A stretch of 64,000 nucleotides of DNA from an uncultured delta proteobacterium (GTDB lineage: Bacteria; Myxococcota_A; Polyangia; Fen-1088), in assembly GCA_963737265.1 (NCBI GenBank), contig CAVTRY010000007.1, positions 288,001-352,000 of the forward strand. Reading direction: 5' to 3'. Of this stretch, positions 9,759-18,377 are shown one piece after another (the stretch's first letter is position 1; each line of letters begins with the position of its first letter). The notes under the pieces are model-generated. The model worked only from the letters and a program-made list of their open reading frames with translations. It searched no databases and had not been told where the DNA came from. A program made the position numbers and the translations under genes.

Positions 9759-10421
9759 CTAGAGGCGAGCGACACCCTCGACAGAGCCGGCCTCGCGTAT
9801 CGCGTGACCGTACTGAAGTCTCCACTGGAGCGCGTTTGAGATGGTCAAGTAGCCCTGTGCGGGCGAGCTCTTGAGGACGTCGCGAGCAATATTGCGCAGC
9901 TCTATTTCTTCCACGGGAAGATTGCGGTCGGTCAGGTAAGCAACAACATCATCCTCATTGGCATCGTCGCTGATCATCTCCCGGAGCCTGCGAGTCATCG
10001 TGAAGTCGCCAGTTGCCCGCGCTTCAACGAAGATGGTGTGGAGGATTCTGAGATTAGCGGTTCGGTTTTGACGATCGTCCTTCTTGTCGTAGACGAAGAC
10101 CAAGAGGGAGTACCCGAGCCCAAAGATCTTCTGCCGAGCGGACTTGAACGGGCATGATGACTGCGGCTGCTTCTCGCTGGTGACCTTGATGTCGACGTTG
10201 ACGTCGGGGAAGTCGATACCCTTTGCCGAGTTGCCTTCTTCGAGGGCGTAGCGGTCTGCAATATAGGCCCGAAATTTCTGTTCCAGGTAGGTGCCGACGG
10301 CTTTGCCGTCGGTCACCCCGAAGAGACTCGGTTCGGCGTGCAGACTCTCCTTCTCAGAAGAACCGCGTGCTTCCTGCCGAAGCAGGGCTTCTGTGAGCTT
10401 ACGTTTCGCGGTGCGCGTCAT
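9759..10421 (-). CDS. cassette 3: type II restriction endonuclease, NspV-like
   Basis: 'GVTDGKAVGTYLEQKF', PD-(D/E)xK-like 'IDFPDVNVDIKVT'; paired with the MTase; the family is recalled from memory. Confidence 0.75.
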   Translation of the reverse strand: MTRTAKRKLTEALLRQEARGSSEKESLHAEPSLFGVTDGKAVGTYLEQKFRAYIADRYALEEGNSAKGIDFPDVNVDIKVTSEKQPQSSCPFKSARQKIFGLGYSLLVFVYDKKDDRQNRTANLRILHTIFVEARATGDFTMTRRLREMISDDANEDDVVAYLTDRNLPVEEIELRNIARDVLKSSPAQGYLTISNALQWRLQYGHAIREAGSVEGVARL

Positions 10422-10531
10422 GGTGAACAGACGTACAGTATGCTACCAGGTACTGGGACAACTGGCCACCGGGAACCGCACGCATGAGAAACACATGCAT
10501 CCACACCGCTTTGCGAGGTCCATCGTCGTCC

Positions 10532-10544
10532 GCCCAACGCTTTG
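10532..10544 (-). other. distal 13 bp (spacer + R' GTTGGGC) of the intron-interrupted attC
   Basis: CAAAGC-GTTGGGC matches CAAGGC-GTTCGAC of the sibling attC 13116-13219. Confidence 0.88.
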
Positions 10545-12430
10545 ATCGGCATAGGGGCCTCGACAGATCGTCAAGGACCCCTGCCACACCACCCGGCGTG
10601 CGGGTCCGCACCGGGCGGTTCGGGAAGTTGAGGTTACGTGGCCAGCCGGGGTACCCCCAACTGGTCAAAGTAGCGAATGGGAAATGCCACGTTCATCATA
10701 CTAGCCGAGTTTTTCCACCAGCGGCGACAGTTCACGGCCACTACGCCTGCTGCGTCATGGGACATCCCCCGAGCCCGCAGTTCCCGATAGACGGTCGATT
10801 GTTGTCCCCAGTGTTTCAAGTGGAGAGCCCGTAGGCGACGGCGAATCCATTTGTCCAAGTTGCCAAAGACCCGAGGCGTGTCCGCGAGCCGGAAGTATTC
10901 CTTCCAACCACGCAGATATTCCCCCAGCCGTTTGCAGACCTGGCCAATGCTTTGCCCGCCCGTCCGCCTCGTGATGTTCCGGACTTTGTCCTTCATCGTG
11001 GCAAGGGCTTTGTCTGCCACCGCGCGCTTCACCGTTCCTTCCCGGTTTACCCAGAATGTGTAACCCAGGATTTTCCGGTTCCACGCCAAGCCCACCGCGC
11101 TTTTCGTTTCATTGACTTGAAGTCGCAGTCCCGCGTAGAGCCGCCGTAGCAGCCCCATCACACGCTCGCCCGCACGCCGCGACCGAAGGTATACGTTGCA
11201 GTCATCAGCGTACCGGCAGAATGCGTGCCCGCGTTTCTCCAGCTCCTTGTCCACTTCGTCGAGCAGCACGTTGGCTAGCAGCGGTGACAAGGGGCCGCCT
11301 TGTGGCGTTCCCTCGTACCGCTCCGTCGCCACCCCGCCAGCCATAATGCCGGCCCCGAGGTAACGCCGGATGAGCCCCAGCAAACGACGGTCGCCGATGC
11401 GTTTCGCCAGTCTTCCCATCAGCACGTCGTGGTTCACGCGGTCAAAGAATTGCTCCAAGTCCACGTCTACCACCCACTTGCGTCCGCCCTGGATATACCC
11501 CTGCGCCTCGACGATGGCGTCGTGCGCACGGTGCCCAGGCCGGAAACCGTGGCTGTGCTTTGAGAAGTCCGGGTCGAACATCGGTTGCAGAACCTGCAAT
11601 ACAGCCTGCTGGATGAATCGGTCGACCACCGTCGGAATGCCAAGCTTGCGCATTCCTCCGCTGGCCTTCGGTATGAGTTGCTCCTTCACAAGCGCGGGCT
11701 GGTACGTCCCCGCGAGCAGTTCCTCGCGCAGCCGTGGCCAGTATTCGCGCAGGTGTATCGGCAATTCATCCACCGTCATCCCGTCGATGCCGGGACTGCC
11801 CTTGTTCCTTCTCACTCGCTTCAGCGCGGCCAAAAGGTTCGGGCGTTCGCACACCCTCTCCATCAGGCCGCTCGCTCCCGAGCGCTCGTTTTCACACGTC
11901 GCCGTCGGCGCTTCCTCGCTTCGTTTTCCCGTCGGGGTTTCACCCCTATTTGAAAACGTTAGCTCCAGTTGCCTGGTCATCTGAGGCCGTTTGCTTCCGA
12001 GACGCATGTTCGTTTCGCTCTCCTTCTCGTTCAGTCCTTCGCATCGCCAAAGACTTCCGGCGTCGGTGATATCGCCGCCCCGGCTTCGACTTCGCTACTA
12101 CGACCTCTGCTGACTTCTCGCCCCGTCGCGTCCGCGCCGTCGCCCTTTCAGGCACAAGGCGAGATCTCCCCAGGTAAGTACGTCGTCCTTCCCCGCACGA
12201 CCGCCGGATCTACGTAGCCTGAGCTTTGACCATCGAGGCTTTGTGGCAACGGGCCCACTCGCCCCGCTCGGCGCCGCCTCTTATCCGGTTTTTGTTCATC
12301 AGCCCGCGGTTTCGCTCCCTGCTTCCTCCCCACGATTGGTCGCCCTTTCGCAGTTGCAGTTCGCTTCGTTTGGGATGGTCTCCTTTCGGGGGGACTTGCA
12401 CCCCCAAGACGACGCCCATGCTGGGCGCAC
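10545..12430 (-). mobile_element. group IIC intron (1886 nt) inserted in an attC site
   Basis: 5' GTGCGCCCAGCATGGGCG; short DV with CGC triad (GAACCGCCCGGTGCGGACCCGCACGCCGGGTGGTG); DVI ending CCTATGCCGAT; removal restores a 104-bp attC. Confidence 0.95.
10634..12007 (-). CDS. ltrA: group II intron reverse transcriptase/maturase (no En domain)
   Basis: 'LGIPTVVDRFIQQA', 'GTPQGGPLSPLLAN', 'RYADD'. Confidence 0.95.
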   Translation of the reverse strand: MRLGSKRPQMTRQLELTFSNRGETPTGKRSEEAPTATCENERSGASGLMERVCERPNLLAALKRVRRNKGSPGIDGMTVDELPIHLREYWPRLREELLAGTYQPALVKEQLIPKASGGMRKLGIPTVVDRFIQQAVLQVLQPMFDPDFSKHSHGFRPGHRAHDAIVEAQGYIQGGRKWVVDVDLEQFFDRVNHDVLMGRLAKRIGDRRLLGLIRRYLGAGIMAGGVATERYEGTPQGGPLSPLLANVLLDEVDKELEKRGHAFCRYADDCNVYLRSRRAGERVMGLLRRLYAGLRLQVNETKSAVGLAWNRKILGYTFWVNREGTVKRAVADKALATMKDKVRNITRRTGGQSIGQVCKRLGEYLRGWKEYFRLADTPRVFGNLDKWIRRRLRALHLKHWGQQSTVYRELRARGMSHDAAGVVAVNCRRWWKNSASMMNVAFPIRYFDQLGVPRLAT

Positions 12431-12521
12431 CCGTTCAGCGGCAAGCCCGCCGCCGAGTCGGCGCTTCTATTCTACACGATGTCCCTGCGGCGGGATTGTC
12501 AGCTGCAACGGCTTGTTCGAC
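12431..12521 (-). other. proximal 91 bp of the intron-interrupted attC
   Basis: R'' GTCGAAC, L'' GTTGCAGC, L' GCTGAAC; highly similar to 13116-13219. Confidence 0.9.
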
Positions 12522-12551
12522 AGCGCGTCGGGGGCGCGGTTGGTTGCGCTC

Positions 12552-12926
12552 CTACTTCTTGGGCGGCTTCTTGCTCACCGTCATCGATCCCTTGGTCATA
12601 CGTGCGCCACCACCCTGGTCCAGCAGAACGGTCAACTCCGCCGAAGCGTCGACATTCAGCTTCTTCGGCGCGTTCGTCGAGATGACGATCGTCTGTTGGC
12701 CGAGATGAAAAGTGGTGGTACCAGACTCGATGGTGACGATCAGTGCTACGTTCGTCTGGTTCTTCACTTTCAGCTCAAGCTTGGCTCCTTCCTCCTTGGC
12801 CGTGAAGGTGAGGGCGAGCTGACCTGCGTCGAAGCCGTCCTTCAGCAGCACCGTTTCGCCGGCGAGGGCGGATCCGGCTGCCACGATCGTCATCACCAGC
12901 GCCATGACCATGAAGAGCTTTGTCAC
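12552..12926 (-). CDS. cassette 2: small secreted hypothetical protein
   Basis: GGAG RBS, GTG start, signal peptide 'MTKLFMVMALVMTIVAAGSALA'; bracketed by GTTCGAC/GTCGAAC. Confidence 0.8.
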   Translation of the reverse strand: MTKLFMVMALVMTIVAAGSALAGETVLLKDGFDAGQLALTFTAKEEGAKLELKVKNQTNVALIVTIESGTTTFHLGQQTIVISTNAPKKLNVDASAELTVLLDQGGGARMTKGSMTVSKKPPKK

Positions 12927-13115
12927 CGGAGGTCTCCTTTGTAGCCTCGCTGAGTCGACACGCTTGCCCTGTTGTTCGCTTACAGGGCCTGCGCGAGCAA
13001 GGAAACCGACCTATATCACGAACTCCCGGTCGAGCCTACCCTCAATGCCGGTTACTCAAGTGGTCCCCCAACGGTGAGATCGTAGGCGGCAGCGGTCCAT
13101 ACCACTCCCCAGTCT

Positions 13116-13219
13116 GTCGAACGCCTTGCCGTTCAGCTGCAAGCCCGCCGCCGAGTCGGCGCCTCGATTCTACACGATATCTCTGCGGCGGGATTGTCAG
13201 CTGCAACGGCTTGTTCGGC
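13116..13219 (-). other. attC site (104 bp)
   Basis: GCCGAAC-aagcc-GTTGCAGC...cccgccgc...gcggcggg...GCTGAAC-ggcaaggc-GTTCGAC imperfect palindrome. Confidence 0.93.
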
Positions 13220-13379
13220 GGCACACTGCCGAAAGATAGCATCGAGATCCGGGGACCCGATCGCCTCGGGGCAGTGTGCTTACGACGTGGCCTCCGCGAT
13301 GCCCCCTATGCCACCATCCCCAATCACCGACGGAAACAGGCCGTTTTTGAATCAGTAGTGCCAAATCCCATACCCAGGT

Positions 13380-14300
13380 CTACTTCACCAGTTGGACCTT
13401 AAAGTACACCGCCTTGGCAAGGATACCGGCGCCAACCCGAAGGGTAATTTGCTTCGGAGATTTCTCAAAGCCGTAGGTCAACTTGCATTTGAAGACGCCA
13501 TTTGGCGGTAGCGTGCCGTCGCACTTCGACTTCATCAAATCCAGCTCGCCCTGGTCGCCCTCCTCGGAAAGCGCCTCGAAAAATACAAGAGACGAAATCG
13601 TCTCCTCCTTTTCGGACTGGTTTTGTACTACCAACCCGAGGCTGGCCGTCTTGTTCTTGAGCGACGCTTCCTTGAGAGTCACCAACGTCTTTGCCCAGCG
13701 CTTCTGTGTACCGATTGGGTCGAGCGCGGTCTGAACCGCTGGCGACGCAGGTACAGACGGGTTTTCGATGAGGGGGACAGTAGCCGTGCACGCCTTCACC
13801 GATGAGAAGGCAATCTCGTACACAGGCGCGGTAATGGCGCCCTTCTCCGTGAGGCTTCGTTCCCGGCCATTGATCTTTCCGGAAAAGAGGACACAGCCGC
13901 CTTCCTGGAGGCTGCTTGCGGCTTGGTAGACTTCACTGCTGGACTTGATCTTGTCGAATAGCCCATAGCCCTGTTCGAACGTAATCTTGGCAGCGCCCCG
14001 GCCGATTGCGACGCGTAGCTTTAGTTTCGTCCCACCGTGGTTGGTCTCCAGTCTATCGACCCAGCCCTCCCAGTTCGTCACACGATGTTGCAAATCAGCG
14101 AAGAAGCGATCTTCGAATGCACGCGCCTCATTGAACACTTGGGACTTCTTGATTTCATTTGGCGCTGCATTGTACCTGTCCCTGAACTTCGCCATCTCGG
14201 ACGCGAAGTCTTGTGGGTGGCCGCTTGATGGCTCAGGCGTGACGGCGGCCGTGAAGAATGCCAGGAAGAACCCGGCCGCAGTCGATAAGGTTGTTTCCAT
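13380..14300 (-). CDS. cassette 1, ORF 2: exported hypothetical protein (possible OB-fold plus Ig-like domain)
   Basis: AGGAG RBS before the ATG at 14300; hydrophobic N-terminus; beta-rich C-terminus. Confidence 0.65.
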   Translation of the reverse strand: METTLSTAAGFFLAFFTAAVTPEPSSGHPQDFASEMAKFRDRYNAAPNEIKKSQVFNEARAFEDRFFADLQHRVTNWEGWVDRLETNHGGTKLKLRVAIGRGAAKITFEQGYGLFDKIKSSSEVYQAASSLQEGGCVLFSGKINGRERSLTEKGAITAPVYEIAFSSVKACTATVPLIENPSVPASPAVQTALDPIGTQKRWAKTLVTLKEASLKNKTASLGLVVQNQSEKEETISSLVFFEALSEEGDQGELDLMKSKCDGTLPPNGVFKCKLTYGFEKSPKQITLRVGAGILAKAVYFKVQLVK

Positions 14301-14313
14301 ATTGCGACTCCTT

Positions 14314-15321
14314 CTAATGCCTGATGTTCTGCAGGAACTCCGGATCGGCACGAACTCTGGCAATCCAGGCCCGATGCGCGGTTCCGAAGGCTGGGATGGT
14401 CCTGACCGCGGCAGGATGAGCAAGAGGGAGCCACGCGACAGAACGACCGCCGAGACGCAGGCTCACGGCCTTTCCGTAATCGTGACCCGCTGACAGGGCG
14501 GTAGGTGCAACCGAGCCGCCGTCCTTCGCCAGAAGCGTACGCAGCACGCGAAGGGCGGCATTCCCCAGGGTTACGATGACCTTGGGCTGAGCCTTCTCGA
14601 GCTCAGCCATCAACCGACGGCGCTGTGGTTGTTCCAGACCTTCTTGCACGATCGCATCCTCAGAAGGGTGGTGGGCAAGGGCTGCTGGCGGCGCCTTCGC
14701 GGCTGCAGCAAAGTGTGCGTAGGTATCTGCGATACGTTCTTCAGCACCCTCGCTGGCACGGTAGGTGTCCAGCACATCGGTGATCCAGACATCGCTGCGG
14801 ACAACCCCCAGCGGTGCTAGGAAATCGTGTGCTAGCTCAACTCCTGAGGAGCCGTTCAGTTTGCCGGTTGGTTCGACCCTGCCCCATTGGTTCTCGTCGA
14901 ACCTGACCTTGCGCTTCCACTCAGCGACTACTTCTACTTCGTCCGATCCCTGCCAAAAGGGCTCGGGTTCATTGTCCACGGGGAGCGCGCGCACGGTCTT
15001 GCCTGCCCTCGGCGGCGTCCATTGAACGTGAACGGCACTTGGGTAGGCACCTAGCACGAAGAGCAAACGCGGCGTGGATGCAGATGGCGGCCGCCGAAGA
15101 ACATGCGCTCCGAAGGGAAACCTATATTCTGGTAAATGGTCACCGGCGGTGTCCGTCGAGCTGGCGGCGATTCGGGCTGAGTTCATTCGCTCTTCTCCAC
15201 CGTCTCCTGCCAAAGTCAGTTTGCTCGCGACCAGAACCGTCAGCGCTGCGCCCAGCGAGCAAAGCGTACTGCCAGTCTGGGGCACGGACAGCATCATCTC
15301 ACTTTTCGAACGCAAATACAT
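14314..15321 (-). CDS. cassette 1, ORF 1: uracil-DNA glycosylase superfamily protein
   Basis: 'FVLGAYP', 'VWITD', 'QPKVIVTLGNAA', 'LPLAHPAA' UDG-like motifs; start uncertain. Confidence 0.7.
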   Translation of the reverse strand: MYLRSKSEMMLSVPQTGSTLCSLGAALTVLVASKLTLAGDGGEERMNSARIAASSTDTAGDHLPEYRFPFGAHVLRRPPSASTPRLLFVLGAYPSAVHVQWTPPRAGKTVRALPVDNEPEPFWQGSDEVEVVAEWKRKVRFDENQWGRVEPTGKLNGSSGVELAHDFLAPLGVVRSDVWITDVLDTYRASEGAEERIADTYAHFAAAAKAPPAALAHHPSEDAIVQEGLEQPQRRRLMAELEKAQPKVIVTLGNAALRVLRTLLAKDGGSVAPTALSAGHDYGKAVSLRLGGRSVAWLPLAHPAAVRTIPAFGTAHRAWIARVRADPEFLQNIRH

Positions 15322-15333
15322 CGAGGTTTGTCC

Positions 15334-15350
15334 GCCGAACTACCATTATC
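15334..15350 (-). other. attI site (core GTTCGGC, L box GATAATG)
   Basis: Minus strand GATAATG-gta-GTTCGGC; the core is complementary to R'' GCCGAAC of the first attC; lies between intI and the first cassette. Confidence 0.75.
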
Positions 15351-15534
15351 CCACGAAAAATAATCAATATCCCAACGCTGGATGCACGCCGTGATGGCTG
15401 AAAGCGGGGGTGCCGTTCCAGTCATTTCGCGGACTTGGATGCGTCTGCTTCATGAGAGGCCACCAGCCGGCCTGCCGGATAAAGACGGCGCGGCGGCCGG
15501 ATAAATATGGGAGCCACGTTCTTTGCGCCCGTTG

Positions 15535-15707
15535 TCAGTGGTCGAGAGGGCTTCGGACTCCACCAGCGCCGCGGTTCAGGACGTGGGTGTAGACCATGGT
15601 CGTGGCCACGTCTTTGTGGCCTAGCAACTCCTGAATCGTGCGGATGTCGTAGCCGTCTTCCAGCAGGTGGGTGGCGAAGGAATGACGCAAGGTGTGGGGG
15701 CTGACCA
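15535..15707 (-). pseudogene. intI: integron integrase, 3' remnant
   Basis: '[55 protein letters not shown]'; 5' part replaced by the emrB copy. Confidence 0.92.
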
Positions 15708-17020
15708 GCTCCGCGCTGTGCGGACTCGCCCCCAACCTGCCGGCGCTGATCTTGGCTCGCGTGGTTCAAGCGTTCGGCGGCGGCGCCATCACCCCCACCG
15801 GCCTGGCCATGATCGCCGAGGTCTTCCCGCCCAAAGAGCGAGGGCGCGCGCTTGGCCTGTGGGGCGTCGGTGTCGTGGTTGGGCCCGCTTTCGGCCCCAC
15901 CCTGGGCGGATACCTCACCGAGACGCTCGGCTGGCGCAGCATCTTCAACATCAACCTTCCCATCGGCGTAGTCGGCCTTCTCGCCGCCTCGCGGATACTT
16001 CGCGCCGACAAGCCGCACGCCGCGAGCCATCGTGGCTTCGATCTACCCGGGTTCGTGTTGCTCACCGCCTTTCTCGTCAGCGCACTACTCGGTCTCTCCA
16101 ACGGCAATCGGGAAGGTTGGACCTCGAACTACGTCGTTGCCTGCGCGCTTGTGAGCAGCGTCTCGTTCGTGCTTTTCCTCGCCGTCGAAAGCATCGTCTC
16201 CGAGCGCATTCTCGATCTCGGGCTATTCCGCAAACCCCAGTTCACCGTGGCCATGGTGGTGACGTCCGCGCGCTCGGTCGCCTTGTTCGGTGGCATCTTT
16301 TTGTTGCCACTTTTCCTGCAGGATCTGATGGGCCGAAGCGAGATCGACACCGGGTTGTTACTGCTTCCCGGCGCCTTGGTCATGGGGCTGGTCATGCTGG
16401 TCTCCGGCCGGATCGCGGATTGGCTCGGCACGCGCGTTTGCACGATTCTCGGCCTCTTGTTCATTGCTTGGTTCATGTGGACCTACCGCAGGCTCGACGT
16501 GACGACGAGCACGTGGGCCGTGCTCTACCCGACCCTGGTACGGGGTGTCGGGCTGGGTCTGCTGGTGACGCCGGTCATGACCGCAGCTATCAATGCCGTG
16601 CCGACGCCGAAAGCCGGCATGGCTTCTTCGATGTTGAGCTTGATTCAACAAATATCGGGCTCGCTCGGCATTGCCGTGCTTGCCTGCGTACTTGGCCGGC
16701 GTGCCACCTTCCACCTCGCGGTGGTGGGTCAGGGCCTGGATGCCGCGCGACCGGCCCTCGCCGGCGCAACCCGCGCCCTCGCCACGCGCGCGCTCGAGCT
16801 TGGAACGCCGCCCGCCGCGGCAGGCCTAGTCGCGCGCTCGCTCATCGCACGCCAGATCGCTGGAGCGGCGTCGGTACTCGCATTCAACGATGCCTTTCTA
16901 ATCGGCGCGGCCATCGTCGGCGCGGGAGCCATCCCCGCGCTTTTTCTCGCATCCAAGTCGAAGTCCAAGGCACGCGCGCACGGAGCCGCAGCGCAGGTCG
17001 AGGTTGTGGAGTAGAGGCCG
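15708..17020 (+). pseudogene. emrB: 5'-truncated duplicate of emrB (repeat copy 2)
   Basis: ~99% identical to 5929-7241; lacks the first ~96 codons; frame still open. Confidence 0.93.
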
Positions 17021-17186
17021 GGAGGCTGCTTTGCTATACATCCGTCCGAGCTGGATGGCGCCTTCGAGGGTGGACATCTTCTTATCGAAGGTCAGCGTGT
17101 TGGCGCCCTCGGAGCGATGGCGTGCGTGAATGAGGCGATTCGCGAGGCCGGCGCCGACGCCGGGATCGAGCGCAGCTGCCGCCTCG

Positions 17187-17492
17187 GACTTCCTTGGCTT
17201 CGGCGTTTTGGCGCGAGGTCTCGCCCAACTCTTCTGTCCTACCTGCCACGAGCGCTACGTTGTGGCCTGGAGCTGCAGAGGGCGCGGGTTCTGTCCAAGC
17301 TGTGGCGGCCGACGAATGAACGCGGGCGCGTTCAATCTGCTAGATCACCCCCTGCCCGAGGTGCCCTCGCGACAGTTTGTGATCACGGTGCCTTTCTCGC
17401 CGAGTTTCCGTTGGCCTTCGACCGGAAACTAAGTCCTGCGCATCTTCATCGACACCGTGGCGGCAAACGACCGCAGGCGTATGGCGGATCGA
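17187..17492 (+). pseudogene. ISCR/IS91 transposase fragment (Zn-binding region), interrupted by IS21
   Basis: 'CPTCHERYVVAWSCRGRGFCPSCGGRRM'; homologous to 23262-23580. Confidence 0.85.
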
Positions 17493-17528
17493 TGCTGGAC
17501 GTCAACTACATTCACCCGGTGACGTCAA

Positions 17529-18377
17529 TTACATCGCCCCATTGTTGTCGGGGGTAGTTGTCGTTGGTTGATCGGTAGTTGTCGTAGTTGTCGCTGGGGT
17601 GGTGACGCCTCTCTTTCGTGCTTCTTCGCTGCGGTAGCTGGGGCCGGTCATCTCAAGGATGACCGCGTGGTGGACCAGTCGGTCGATGGCGGCGGCGGTG
17701 GTCATGGGATCCTTGAAAATGCGGATCCAATCGCTGAAGACCAGGTTGCTGGTGATGAGGACGCTCTTGCGTTCGTACCGCTCGGCCAGGAAGGTGAAAA
17801 GGACCTCCATTTCATCGCGGCTCTGCTGGACGTAGCCGATGTCGTCGAGGATCACGGCGTGATAGATGTTGAGCGCGGCCAGTTCTCGTTCCAGGCGAAG
17901 GTCGCGCTTGGCGGCCAGCAGCCTCTGGACAAGCGCGAAGGTCGGCGTGAAGAGGACCCGGTAGCCGCGCCGGATGAGTTCGTGGCCGATGGCAGCCACA
18001 ACGTGACTTTTGCCTCGGCCGGGCAGTCCGAAGACGAGCAGGTTCTCCCCACGTTCGACAAAGCCACCCTCACACAGGCTCGCCATCTGCTTCATCACCT
18101 TGGGTGACAGCCGACCACGTTCCAGGGTGGCCAGGGTTTTCTCCGTGGGAAGGTCCGAATCGCGAAGCGCGCGATCGATGCGACGGGTTCGGCGCTCTTC
18201 GATTTCCAGTTCGGCCAGGTGCTGGAGGTATTGGCTGAAGGTCCACCCCTCGCGGCTGGCCTTGATCGCGATCTCCTCGGCGTGCCGGGTGAAGGCAGGC
18301 AGCTTGAGCGCGCGCAGAAGCACCAGCAGAGCGTCGAGCGCGCTCGGCTTGACCGTGTCTACGGAGACGTTGGTCAT
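17529..18377 (-). CDS. istB: IS21 helper ATPase
   Basis: Walker A 'GLPGRGKSH', 'ILDDIGY', 'AAIDRLVHH'. Confidence 0.93.
   Translation of the reverse strand: MTNVSVDTVKPSALDALLVLLRALKLPAFTRHAEEIAIKASREGWTFSQYLQHLAELEIEERRTRRIDRALRDSDLPTEKTLATLERGRLSPKVMKQMASLCEGGFVERGENLLVFGLPGRGKSHVVAAIGHELIRRGYRVLFTPTFALVQRLLAAKRDLRLERELAALNIYHAVILDDIGYVQQSRDEMEVLFTFLAERYERKSVLITSNLVFSDWIRIFKDPMTTAAAIDRLVHHAVILEMTGPSYRSEEARKRGVTTPATTTTTTDQPTTTTPDNNGAM

Noticed and set aside
10634-12007. RT as a retron, DGR or CRISPR-associated RT
   Set aside because: It is flanked by clear group II intron 5' end, DV and DVI; no template/variable repeat pair or msr-msd seen
7557-13219. Repeated 100-120 bp palindromes as a CRISPR array or REP elements
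   Set aside because: They have attC R/L boxes and are separated by whole genes
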